Origin: Candidatus Saccharimonadota bacterium
GTDB lineage: Bacteria; Patescibacteriota; Saccharimonadia; Saccharimonadales; Saccharimonadaceae
Length of the DNA stretch: 64,000 nucleotides
Reading direction: 5' to 3'
Assembly (NCBI GenBank): GCA_017460225.1
Contig: JAFUBM010000005.1
Coordinates: forward strand, 12,284 to 76,283
Below, one piece after another: positions 1 to 8,308 of this stretch. The translations under genes were made by a program, and so were the position numbers. Position 1 is the first letter of the stretch; each line of letters starts with the position of its first letter. Under the pieces are notes generated by a model that did no database searches, was not told the origin of the DNA, and worked only from the letters and a program-made list of their open reading frames with translations.

Positions 1-259
1 AGAGGACAGACAGACTAGTCCGCGAGAAAGTCCCCGCGACGGACAAGCCGGAGACTAAGAACGCCGTGGAGGCGAGCAATAAGAAATGCATCAAGGTAAC
101 ACCGGAGAGATAGCTGGAGGCGAGGCGACGAGTAGTCTGCCGGACATGTGCGCCGAGGGAAGCATGATAGAGTAGAAGCAAAGTAGCGAGAGGAGTAGCG
201 AAGGAGGCGAGAATAAGCCCCGCTAGGACAATGATTCCCAAATAAGTATAACCTTCCAT
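1..259 (-). CDS. Membrane protein, hypothetical; runs off the left edge (5' part only)
   Basis: Not in the ORF track because it is truncated. ATG at 259 reads MEGYTYLGIIVLAGLILASFATPLATLLLLYHASLG... with no stop to base 1. Preceded by TGaTATAAT-N7. Confidence 0.7.
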   Translation of the reverse strand, partial: MEGYTYLGIIVLAGLILASFATPLATLLLLYHASLGAHVRQTTRRLASSYLSGVTLMHFLLLASTAFLVSGLSVAGTFSRTSLSVL

Positions 260-318
260 AATATATATTATATCACTTATGCTTGAAAATAAAAAGCCTA
301 GCGTGGTAGACTCTAGCT

Positions 319-1761
319 ATGAACAGTTGGAGGTATATGAGGCTGGTAGTGTGCGCGTTGTTTGTGGCGTTGCAAGCGAGTAGTTTGGCAGTGCTGCCGG
401 TATGGGCAGAAGAGCCAGCCGAGACGGTAGCGCCGAGAGCGCTAAAGAAGGGGGAAGTCTTAATTAAGAGTTTTAACCCAGGATATACGAACACGGGAGA
501 GTTCTTGGAACTAATGAAGCTCCCGGAAGATGAACTATCGCTCGCCGACCTAACGGTCAATTATATTACTTCGACAGGACGAGAGTATCTAGTCCATACT
601 TTTGTCGAGGGAAATACGATGGTCGGCGAGTCTCTCCTTATGCGGTTAGCAAGTTCGGCGGAGGTGACCGAAGCGGAAGATTATACCGAAGTAGCCGACG
701 TAGTCTATACACGGAATATGTCGCAGAGTAAGGGGCGGATAAACTTGGTATTTGAGGACGAAGTAATAGATACGCTGGCCTGGGGGCTAGAGGATGACGA
801 CAGTTTCCCGGCGTTTAATACGAAAAAGCCAACGACACTCGTGCGCGACCCGGAGGCAGAGGAAGTAGAAGACTCGTTTGGTCACGAGGAAGATTATGCG
901 CCAAGCTACGACCCGGAAGAACCGGGGTTAAGAATAGACGAAGTGCAAGAAGAAATCGTAGAGCCAAAGTGTCGCGGAGTGGAGTTTTCGGAACTTTTGA
1001 CGTATTTTGAGAACACGAGCGCTGAGCAATTTATCGAACTATACAATGGGACCGAAGAAAAAATCGAGCTGGATGGATGTCAGCTAAAATATAAAAACAA
1101 ATTATACCCCCTCTCGGGAGAGGTGACGGCGGGAGGCTATACCATAATCCGGCCGGGAGCGGAGTGGGGGCTGACGTTGACCAAAAATCCGACATCTTCA
1201 AATATCTTGGAAATTATCGATGCGGACGGAGAAATAGTTGATTCCCTAACCTATACGAGCGGACAAAAGAAGAATGTTTCCCTGGCGCTGACGGGACACG
1301 CGGCGGACGGGAGCGAAATCTGGACGCAGACATACAACCCTACGCCTGGCGCGGCGAATGTTTATCAGCAGTTTAAGACTTGCCCGGCGGGAAAAGTAAT
1401 AAACCTGGACACTGGGAACTGCGTGAATGAGACGACGCTAACGACAACACTAGCGGCGTGTCCGGAAGGCAAGTATAGGAATCCGCTGACTAACCGCTGT
1501 AAATCCTACGCGACGACGGCGAGCGCGGAGCTAAAGCCTTGCGCTGAAGGGTATGAACGTAACCCCGCAACGAACCGTTGCCGCAAAATCGTCTCAAACG
1601 ACGGGGCGGATTATGAAATCGTGACCGAAAGGTTTGAGGAAAAACGGGAGTTTGTGGCGATATGGGCGATAGTGATAGTAGTGGCGGCGGGAATAGGGTA
1701 TATTATCTTCCAGTTTAGAGAAGAAATTGGGGAGAAGCTAGGGCGGAGGAAAAAAGCTTAG
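319..1761 (+). CDS. Secreted, C-terminally anchored protein with lamin-tail-domain (LTD)-like regions and three Cys-rich repeats
   Basis: Signal peptide; EFLEL and EQFIELYN LTD-like motifs; three C-x-x-G-x-x-x-N-x-x-T-x-x-C repeats; C-terminal TM followed by a basic tail. Confidence 0.75.
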   Translation: MNSWRYMRLVVCALFVALQASSLAVLPVWAEEPAETVAPRALKKGEVLIKSFNPGYTNTGEFLELMKLPEDELSLADLTVNYITSTGREYLVHTFVEGNTMVGESLLMRLASSAEVTEAEDYTEVADVVYTRNMSQSKGRINLVFEDEVIDTLAWGLEDDDSFPAFNTKKPTTLVRDPEAEEVEDSFGHEEDYAPSYDPEEPGLRIDEVQEEIVEPKCRGVEFSELLTYFENTSAEQFIELYNGTEEKIELDGCQLKYKNKLYPLSGEVTAGGYTIIRPGAEWGLTLTKNPTSSNILEIIDADGEIVDSLTYTSGQKKNVSLALTGHAADGSEIWTQTYNPTPGAANVYQQFKTCPAGKVINLDTGNCVNETTLTTTLAACPEGKYRNPLTNRCKSYATTASAELKPCAEGYERNPATNRCRKIVSNDGADYEIVTERFEEKREFVAIWAIVIVVAAGIGYIIFQFREEIGEKLGRRKKA

Positions 1762-1767
1762 AACCAA

Positions 1768-1803
1768 AATGACCCTAAAATGGGGGGGCATTTTAGGGTC
1801 ATT
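1768..1803. terminator. Bidirectional intrinsic terminator
   Basis: 15-bp perfect inverted repeat AATGACCCTAAAATG / CATTTTAGGGTCATT between convergent genes. Confidence 0.8.
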
Positions 1804-1804
1804 A

Positions 1805-1881
1805 TGGTGGCGGGGGTTCGATTTGAACGAACGACCTTTTGGTTATGAGCCAAACGAGCTACCAGGCTGCTCTACCCCGCG
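1805..1881 (-). tRNA. Initiator tRNA-fMet (CAT)
   Basis: CGCGGGGTAGAGCAGCCTGGTAGCTCG-TTTGG-CTCATAA-CCAAA-AGGTC-GTTCG-TTCAAAT-CGAAC-CCCCGCC-ACCA. Initiator-type body, 1:72 mismatch, encoded CCA. Confidence 0.92.
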
Positions 1882-1924
1882 ACGTACCTATTATTATATA
1901 GCACGGTATGAATAATGTCAAGGC

Positions 1925-3250
1925 TTATCTAGAATTGTCGGGGACTTCGCCGGTGTTGTTGCAGGCGGTAGCGCCCCAAACGCCGTTTTCGTCTTCGCCG
2001 AGCTTGTAGCAGTCGCTAGTGACGTAGAAGTTTTTCTTGATGGCGTCGCCGTCGGTGGAAGTGGCCTGGATGGCAAACTCCGGGAACGGGAAGCCAACGT
2101 CGATGAACTCTACCCGAGCTTCAACGCGGGAGTACATATCGTTGGCGCGGCCGGTGGAATCGATAGAGACTTGGACGTCCTGGAAGTTGGTAGTAGTGTT
2201 GCAGTTTTCGTCTTTGCACATATTGACGGCGAAATTAGTCTCTGGCGTGCCATAAGGGAGGGAGACGATAAGGAAGAAGGTGCTGTCGCTGCGGTCGCCG
2301 CCAACCGGCTCGGGGAGGACGAGAATGGCGGAACAGGCAAACTCGGAGTTGCCGGAGCTGTCACAAGAAATCTTGACGGGCGTTTTGCCGTCGGTGCGGT
2401 CGTGGCGGTTGGAATCTAGGAGAAAGCTAGCGCCAACGGTGTTGCCGGCGGAAGCGTCTTCTGTGGGGACGAGAAAGACGGTGGCGCGGTCAGTTTGGTT
2501 GCCCGTAGTAGAGTCGAGCTGTTCGAGCGTGTACTGGCTGGAAGTCTGGATGAGTTGGGCGGAAATAGTAGGAGGAGTAGAGGCGTTGGACAGAGGCGAG
2601 AAGTAGACTCTGCCGTCGTTATAGCCGCGAGTCTCGTTGAAATTATAGCTAGTGCCGTTTTCTTGGCTATACCAGGAAATCTTGAGTGCCTTAACGGCGT
2701 TGGCGCCCTCCGCGGTTTTGAGCGGGATAACCTTGAGTGAAGATCCGGAGTTGAGCGTGGAGCGATAATCGATCAGGCTATTGTTGAGGGCGACACAAGT
2801 ATAGGCTTGGACAGTGTCGGAGCTACCGTCGGAGGATTCTTGGATTTTGACTTCGCCGGAGGTCTCCATAGGACGGCCAAGAGCGAGAGCGACCGAGGTG
2901 CAGTCTACATCCGTGGTCTCCCTGATGTTGCCGTCTTGGTCAAGAGTAAACGGGGTGTTTTGGAGGCTTTTGGAGATGTTGTCTGTGACAGCTCGGCATT
3001 TCTCGTCTTCAGTGTCGCCGGAGAGCTGACACTCATAATACTTCTTCAGAGCGACCTTGGCGTCTTCTACACCGGCAAGGGCGGAATCGTAAGCGGACTG
3101 AGCGAGCTCGTCGGACGTGGTGCGGTTGGCCTCGTTGATGATGATACGAATGAAACTGACCGTAATCACACTAAAGAGCAACGTGGCAATAACTACGACA
3201 TAGATAGAGGTAGCGCCGGGTTTGGTTTTGACGGTGGGATGATGAAGCAT
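1925..3250 (-). CDS. PilX-like minor type IV pilin
   Basis: N-terminus K-P-G-ATSIYVVVIATLL lacks Glu5, followed by AYDSALAGVEDA (PilX N-terminal pattern); C-terminal SIDSTGRAN...RVEARV. Confidence 0.75.
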   Translation of the reverse strand: MLHHPTVKTKPGATSIYVVVIATLLFSVITVSFIRIIINEANRTTSDELAQSAYDSALAGVEDAKVALKKYYECQLSGDTEDEKCRAVTDNISKSLQNTPFTLDQDGNIRETTDVDCTSVALALGRPMETSGEVKIQESSDGSSDTVQAYTCVALNNSLIDYRSTLNSGSSLKVIPLKTAEGANAVKALKISWYSQENGTSYNFNETRGYNDGRVYFSPLSNASTPPTISAQLIQTSSQYTLEQLDSTTGNQTDRATVFLVPTEDASAGNTVGASFLLDSNRHDRTDGKTPVKISCDSSGNSEFACSAILVLPEPVGGDRSDSTFFLIVSLPYGTPETNFAVNMCKDENCNTTTNFQDVQVSIDSTGRANDMYSRVEARVEFIDVGFPFPEFAIQATSTDGDAIKKNFYVTSDCYKLGEDENGVWGATACNNTGEVPDNSR

Positions 3251-3259
3251 GGTTCTCCT

Positions 3260-4255
3260 TTAGACCCCAGAAGCTTGGGTAGAAAAGTTAAATTTGTTAA
3301 CGGCGCAGTAGCTAAAGTCGAGATTTTGGTAGGTGTCGGGAGTCTTACAAAAATCGCTGGCGGTCATAATGTCGACGGAGCCGTCGAGCGTACCGAGGAT
3401 GAAAGAAGCGGAGTAGAAGAGGCGGTTAGTGTTGGAGACTTGGGCGGGAGTGAAGACCACCATATCGTAGAGGGCAAGAGAAGAGTCCGAAGCGGAAATA
3501 AGCTCGATAGGGGAGGTCTCTAGAGGATAAGTAATCTCGAAACCTTGGTGGGAATCGTCGAACCGAACGGGGTCGGTCTTGGAATAGTTGCGATCGGCAT
3601 GGCTACCGTCGGTGTTGGTGATGGGGAAGGTGCAGATGGCGCGAGAGGTGTCTTCGAACTTAAGCAGGCGGAAGTTCTCAATCCAGTAACCGTCGGTGCC
3701 GTCGAAGCTCCAGCCGCTGGGGAGGTTGCCGGTGTCGACGTCAGCGGGGAGAAGGTCTCGAGGGATGTGAATAGAGAGGCGATCGGACGAGGCGAAAGCG
3801 TTGCCATCAGGCTTAGAATAGGCGCTGCTAGAACTACCGAGAACGTAACCAGTGTTCCAGACATAAGAGTAGCGGCCGGTACAAAAGACACCGCCAAGCG
3901 GAACGGTACTAGAGCTGCTGCCGGAGTTCTCGATATGGGCCGTGGTGTAATACTGATGGTAGACGGCCTTTTGGCCGGAATCTTTGGCACAATCTTCTTT
4001 GTTGGTAGTGTCGTAGCCGTTGCAAAAAGTAGAGACGATGTTGACGGTAGGGGAGCCGGTAATAGAGGCGGTGAAATCATCGATAAGGTCACGGCCGACT
4101 TGGTTGACGGCTTTCATAGAGTAGCCGCGGCGGTAGAGGGAGACGATTTCGTTGGTGATGAGTGTAATGGTAATCAAAAGGACGGAGATAAAGGCGATAG
4201 CAAAGGAAAGTTCGATGAGCGTAAAGCCGGATTTTCTCGATTCCCTTTTGTTCAT
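3260..4255 (-). CDS. Prepilin-type N-methylation domain protein (PilW-like minor pilin)
   Basis: RKSG|FTLIELSFAIAF class III signal peptide. Confidence 0.85.
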   Translation of the reverse strand: MNKRESRKSGFTLIELSFAIAFISVLLITITLITNEIVSLYRRGYSMKAVNQVGRDLIDDFTASITGSPTVNIVSTFCNGYDTTNKEDCAKDSGQKAVYHQYYTTAHIENSGSSSSTVPLGGVFCTGRYSYVWNTGYVLGSSSSAYSKPDGNAFASSDRLSIHIPRDLLPADVDTGNLPSGWSFDGTDGYWIENFRLLKFEDTSRAICTFPITNTDGSHADRNYSKTDPVRFDDSHQGFEITYPLETSPIELISASDSSLALYDMVVFTPAQVSNTNRLFYSASFILGTLDGSVDIMTASDFCKTPDTYQNLDFSYCAVNKFNFSTQASGV

Positions 4256-4292
4256 AATACTATTTTAGCATAAACTTTTTGGAAGTCTAGGG

Positions 4293-5159
4293 CTATTGGA
4301 GCGGGTAACTACCCGAGACGCTAGCGCCATCGGCAGGCTTAGCGCAAGGGTTGTCGGCGGCGTCCAGGTCAATTAGGGCGACGCCGGAAGAGTTGACGGC
4401 ATGACGGTCGAGATGGACGGCGCGGCGATGGTCGCTATGGTTGTCTTCTGAATCGATACAGATGGTGACGTCGGCGCGTTCGAGCGTGTCGAGCACAGCG
4501 GAGAAGTCGATGGCGGAGGCGGGGTTGTTGGCGATAGCGTAGCTGAAATTAGGGACTTGGGACTGGTCGTAATAAGTCAGAGAGAAAGTCTGGATAGTGC
4601 CGGAGATAGGAGAGCGAACGATAAGGAGCATACCATAGTAGCGTTTGTTGGTGCCGGGCTGCTCAAAGCTGGCAATCCAAGGAATGGTATAAGACGTACG
4701 GCGGTAAAAGGTGTAGTTCTTGGCGGAGTTGCTAGGGTTGTCACGGTTGAGGTCGTAGACGATGTTGGCCTGGACCTTCTTCAGGACTTCTATAGTGTTG
4801 GAATCTGTGAGATAGGAAGAGTTGACGGCGTAGCCGGCGACATCGTAGACATAGACATCGCTAAAGGGCGTGATTGTGCCAGCGTCGTTTTCTGTGGCTT
4901 CGCCAAAAGTGATGAGCTTGCCGTAGACGGCGGTGTTGGAATTGCCGGCGCTAGAGGTGTTGTCGTTGGAGATGTTGGCGACGTCGTTGTAAGCGGTGCG
5001 AAGAAACTCGGCAAAATTGTTGACGGAATCATTGTAGCGCTGACGAGAGATGGAAGCGTTGGTGCCGACAATAAGGCCAATCATTAGCAGGCCGGAGAGC
5101 GCAAGAAAAAGCGCGACTTCGATAATGGTAAAGCCCCGAGGGCGCGACCGTTTAACCAT
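4293..5159 (-). CDS. Prepilin-type N-methylation domain protein (FimT/FimU-like minor pilin)
   Basis: Start reassigned to ATG 5159 (MVKRSRPRG|FTIIEVALFL). The ORF-track extension overlaps rpsG and its terminator. Confidence 0.85.
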   Translation of the reverse strand: MVKRSRPRGFTIIEVALFLALSGLLMIGLIVGTNASISRQRYNDSVNNFAEFLRTAYNDVANISNDNTSSAGNSNTAVYGKLITFGEATENDAGTITPFSDVYVYDVAGYAVNSSYLTDSNTIEVLKKVQANIVYDLNRDNPSNSAKNYTFYRRTSYTIPWIASFEQPGTNKRYYGMLLIVRSPISGTIQTFSLTYYDQSQVPNFSYAIANNPASAIDFSAVLDTLERADVTICIDSEDNHSDHRRAVHLDRHAVNSSGVALIDLDAADNPCAKPADGASVSGSYPLQ

Positions 5160-5172
5160 AAGTTTATTATAT

Positions 5173-5208
5173 ACAAAAAATCTCCCGTTTACAACAGGAG
5201 ATTTTTGT
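5173..5208 (-). terminator. Intrinsic terminator after rpsG
   Basis: Minus strand ACAAAAATCTCC...GGAGATTTTTTGT hairpin with T-tract. Confidence 0.75.
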
Positions 5209-5215
5209 CCAGAGA

Positions 5216-5695
5216 TTAGGCGCGAGCGAAGTGCGCGAAAGCGCGGTTGGCTTCTGCCATACGGTGGCAATCTTCCTTCTTCTTGAAGGCGGCACCGGTC
5301 TGGTTGTAAGCGTCGACGATCTCAGCCTCAAGGCGCTTGGCATAAGGCATACCGCCACGAGCACGTGCGGCTTGGACGAGCCAGGTGAAGGCAAAGTGTT
5401 GTTGGCGATGGCCGGAAATTGGGAACGGAATCTGGTAGTTGGCGCCACCGACACGGCGAGACTTGACCTCAAAATCCGGAGAGACGTTGGCGAGAGCTTT
5501 CTCAAACACCTCTACGGGGTCTTCGCTCTTGAGCTTCTTAGCGGCACCCTCGAGAGCGGCGTAGACGGCACGCTCTGCGGCTTGCTTTTTGCCGTCGAGC
5601 ATGGATTTGTTGATGAGCTTTTGGACTAGGATGCTCTGGTAGCGACGATCCGGAAGGACTTTGCGCTCGAGAGATTTAGTAGTTTTGCGTGGCAT
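5216..5695 (-). CDS. rpsG: 30S ribosomal protein S7
   Basis: MPRK..., DGKK, VKSRRVGGANYQIP, HRMAEANRAFAHF. Confidence 0.98.
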   Translation of the reverse strand: MPRKTTKSLERKVLPDRRYQSILVQKLINKSMLDGKKQAAERAVYAALEGAAKKLKSEDPVEVFEKALANVSPDFEVKSRRVGGANYQIPFPISGHRQQHFAFTWLVQAARARGGMPYAKRLEAEIVDAYNQTGAAFKKKEDCHRMAEANRAFAHFARA

Positions 5696-5697
5696 AA

Positions 5698-6111
5698 TTA
5701 CTTACCCTCCTTCTTAGCACCATACTTAGAGCGACCTTGCTTGCGGCCTTGGACGCCTTGAAGATCAAGCGTACCGCGGACGACGTGGTAACGGACACCC
5801 GGAAGATCTGGCACACGACCACCACGGACGAGCACAACGGCGTGCTCCTGGAGGTTGTGACCTTCGCCGCCGATATAGGCCCAGACTTCCTGGCCGTTGG
5901 TCAGGCGGACACGCGCGACCTTGCGGAGAGCGGAGTTAGGCTTTTTCGGGGTCTTGGTAGTGACCTTGATGCAGACACCGCGCTTGAGCGGAGCAGGCTG
6001 GTCATAATACCGAGTCTTAAGGGTGTTGACGATAGAGCCGAGGGCCGGAGACTTCGACTTGTGGGCAGCCTTTTTGCGAGGCTTGCGAATTAACTGATTG
6101 ATAGTAGGCAC
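5698..6111 (-). CDS. rpsL: 30S ribosomal protein S12 (GTG start)
   Basis: [41 protein letters not shown]. Confidence 0.98.
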   Translation of the reverse strand: MPTINQLIRKPRKKAAHKSKSPALGSIVNTLKTRYYDQPAPLKRGVCIKVTTKTPKKPNSALRKVARVRLTNGQEVWAYIGGEGHNLQEHAVVLVRGGRVPDLPGVRYHVVRGTLDLQGVQGRKQGRSKYGAKKEGK

Positions 6112-6229
6112 AGTTAAAAATATCCTTTTATAACTTGTTATTGTGTCTGGCGGTGTACAGCAATACCCCAGACGGGAAACTCTGAGCTGTATTATACGCT
6201 AAAACGGCGGAAAAAGCAAGAGATAAGGG

Positions 6230-6811
6230 CTATTCCGTGGCGGAAGATTCGGAGATGAGGAGATTACGATACTCGGTGGCGAGAGCGGAATATTTGTCGC
6301 GGTTCTCGACATCGCCTTTGACTTCGTAGAGGCGAGTCAAGACGTTGTAGAAGCGGAAGGAATCTTCCACGGAGAAGTTAGAGGTGTTGAGGCTGAGGAG
6401 GCGAGATTCGGCGGCGGTAAAATCTTCGATGGTAATCTCAAAGTTGGCTAGAGAGAGTATGGCGTCGAACTTTTCCTCGGCGGAAGAGGAAGGGCTGTTT
6501 AGAATAGACTCTTGATAAGCAACGTAAGCATCGCCGGAGTTGTCCGTGCCTTCGGCGCCCCAAACAACTTCCATCTCGGCTTCCTGGACGTTTTCGTCGG
6601 CGGCGGAAGTGGAATCGTCTGCGGGGGCGGAAGAACCTGAGCGATCTTGGACGCGGAAGACGACAAAGAGTAAAACGGCAGCAATTGCTAGTACGACAAC
6701 AGCGGCGGCAATGATAAGAAGGAGTTTTTTAGAATCTTTGGCGGGGCGGGCGGGGGTAGATTGTGGCGCCGCGGGGGCTTGGTCTTGGGTAAAGACGGGG
6801 GTGTTTTCCAT
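6230..6811 (-). CDS. Single-pass membrane protein with helical (TPR-like) extracellular domain
   Basis: One TM after a basic stretch; helical C-terminus similar to the neighbouring gene. Confidence 0.7.
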   Translation of the reverse strand: MENTPVFTQDQAPAAPQSTPARPAKDSKKLLLIIAAAVVVLAIAAVLLFVVFRVQDRSGSSAPADDSTSAADENVQEAEMEVVWGAEGTDNSGDAYVAYQESILNSPSSSAEEKFDAILSLANFEITIEDFTAAESRLLSLNTSNFSVEDSFRFYNVLTRLYEVKGDVENRDKYSALATEYRNLLISESSATE

Positions 6812-7353
6812 TATTGTTCTCCTGTTAGGATTTTATGTTGTTCGTCAGCCTTGGCCGTGTATTCGGCAAAGAGAGTAGCGTTGTCTAAAGCGGAGGCGTC
6901 ATAGAGGCGGGCATAGGCAGAGTAGAGCTGGTAAAGCTCGGAGGGAGAAGAGTAGGCAGACTCATCGATAGCGTCTAAAATCTCCTGGGCTTCGTCGTAT
7001 TTTTTCAGCATGAGTTTCATATTGAAAGCGTCGAGAGTGAGAGAAAGCTGCTCAGAAGAGGACTTGGCGGAGGATTTTTGTTTGTCTAGGTAGTTTAGAT
7101 AGTCTTCCTCGGGGTCTTCAGAGCCTTCTGGGGTAGTGTAGACGATTTCTGGGGCGGGGACGAGGTCTGCCTCGGAGCTGGCGTGGCTACGGAGGAGAAA
7201 ATAGAGGCCGGTGCCAAGGGCGATTACGGCGAGAATAATCCCGACGATAGCTAGGGGCGGGAGGGGTTTCTTGGGCTTCTTAGACTCGGCGTTGACCGCG
7301 GCGGAAAGCTCGGCGACGGTCTCGGAGTTAGAAAAGATGTTATTATTTTCCAT
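6811..7353 (-). CDS. Single-pass membrane protein, probable paralog of 6230..6811
   Basis: Same architecture; TATACT-N6-ATG promoter; stop/start overlap with the next gene. Confidence 0.7.
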   Translation of the reverse strand: MENNNIFSNSETVAELSAAVNAESKKPKKPLPPLAIVGIILAVIALGTGLYFLLRSHASSEADLVPAPEIVYTTPEGSEDPEEDYLNYLDKQKSSAKSSSEQLSLTLDAFNMKLMLKKYDEAQEILDAIDESAYSSPSELYQLYSAYARLYDASALDNATLFAEYTAKADEQHKILTGEQ

Positions 7354-7408
7354 AGTTTAAGTATAAGCGAGTTTGGGAGATTTTACAAGGATTTTGCGAG
7401 ACGGGGGC

Positions 7409-7834
7409 TTAGACGCCGAAGAGGAAGGACATCCACTTGGAGAAGTTGGACGGCTCGGCGATTTCGGCGACGGCGGAGCTGGTCTTGTACTTGTTCTTGG
7501 CCTCCTCGGAGTTTTCTGGAAGATAGATAAGGGTCTCACCGTCGAGGAGTTTGTTTTTGTGGATGCGGGCGGAAAGCTCTTGATACTCCGGAGAGGAATA
7601 ATAAAGATTCTCGAGCTCCATCGTGTCGACTTCTAGCTGGAGGAGGGCAAGCTCGCGACGCTTAGTGGCGAGCTGTTGGGAGAGCTCCCAGTTGCGCGAC
7701 ATGGCGTTGATCGAGCTGTATGTCCAGAAAAAGCACATGATGATTGCGACAAAGAAAACGATGTTGTCGAAAGAAAAATAATCGTGTTTGAGACGGAAGT
7801 AAAATCTGCGAAGTTTGGTACGAAGAGATTGCAT
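7409..7834 (-). CDS. Septum formation initiator family protein (FtsB/DivIC-like)
   Basis: N-terminal TM, coiled coil, then SPEYQELSAR...GETLIYLP resembling the DivIC C-terminus. Confidence 0.65.
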   Translation of the reverse strand: MQSLRTKLRRFYFRLKHDYFSFDNIVFFVAIIMCFFWTYSSINAMSRNWELSQQLATKRRELALLQLEVDTMELENLYYSSPEYQELSARIHKNKLLDGETLIYLPENSEEAKNKYKTSSAVAEIAEPSNFSKWMSFLFGV

Positions 7835-7904
7835 TAGCTTTATTATAGCACGTTTGCCTTTGGTTAGGGAAAAGTGCTATAATATAGGGAATAGCACTGC
7901 GGGC

Positions 7905-7980
7905 GGGGGCGTAGCTCAGGGGTTAGAGCAGGCGGCTCATAACCGCTTGGTCGTTGGTTCGAGCCCAACCGCCCCCACCA
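7905..7980 (+). tRNA. tRNA with CAT anticodon, probably tRNA-Ile2 (lysidine type)
   Basis: GGGGGCG-TAGCTCAGGGGTTAGAGCAGGCGGCTCATAACCGCTTGGTCGTTGGTTCGAGCCCAAC-CGCCCCC-ACCA. Body resembles E. coli ileX; elongator Met is not excluded. Confidence 0.85.
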
Positions 7981-8003
7981 GTGCTATTTTTTATTGAGGC
8001 AAG

Positions 8004-8045
8004 AAAAATCCGCTACGCACAAAGGTCGAAACGGAGCGGATTTTT
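8004..8045. terminator. Bidirectional terminator
   Basis: AAAAATCCGCT...AGCGGATTTTT inverted repeat between convergent units. Confidence 0.7.
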
Positions 8046-8069
8046 AGTACCTAAATAAACTGCGCGAGC

Positions 8070-8276
8070 TTAGGCTTTTTTCTTCAAAGTCAAGAAGCCG
8101 TTGCGCGGGTTCTCGTTGACCTCGCGGTCAGCAGGAAGGTCGCACGGAGTGCCTTTGCCGCCGTTGGCATCTTTAGTGAAGAAATAAATAGTCTGAGGCT
8201 TGCCACCACGGAGCGTAACTTCGGATTTGTGAAGATAGTACTTTACGCCTTTGCTGTTGGTATGTTCATAAGCCAT
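8070..8276 (-). CDS. Small basic conserved hypothetical protein (68 aa)
   Basis: MAYEHTNSKGVKYYLH...TLRGG...TIYFF; strong SD AAAGGAGG; own promoter and terminator. Confidence 0.85.
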   Translation of the reverse strand: MAYEHTNSKGVKYYLHKSEVTLRGGKPQTIYFFTKDANGGKGTPCDLPADREVNENPRNGFLTLKKKA

Positions 8277-8308
8277 TAGCTTAATCCTCCTTTAGTTGTT
8301 GTAGTTTT

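Noticed and set aside
7873-7898. CIRCE-like arms (AGTGCTAT / ATAGCACT) at the tRNA-Ile2 promoter
   Set aside because: Arms are in the opposite order and the spacer is 10 bp, so this is not an HrcA operator; better explained by leader-trailer pairing.
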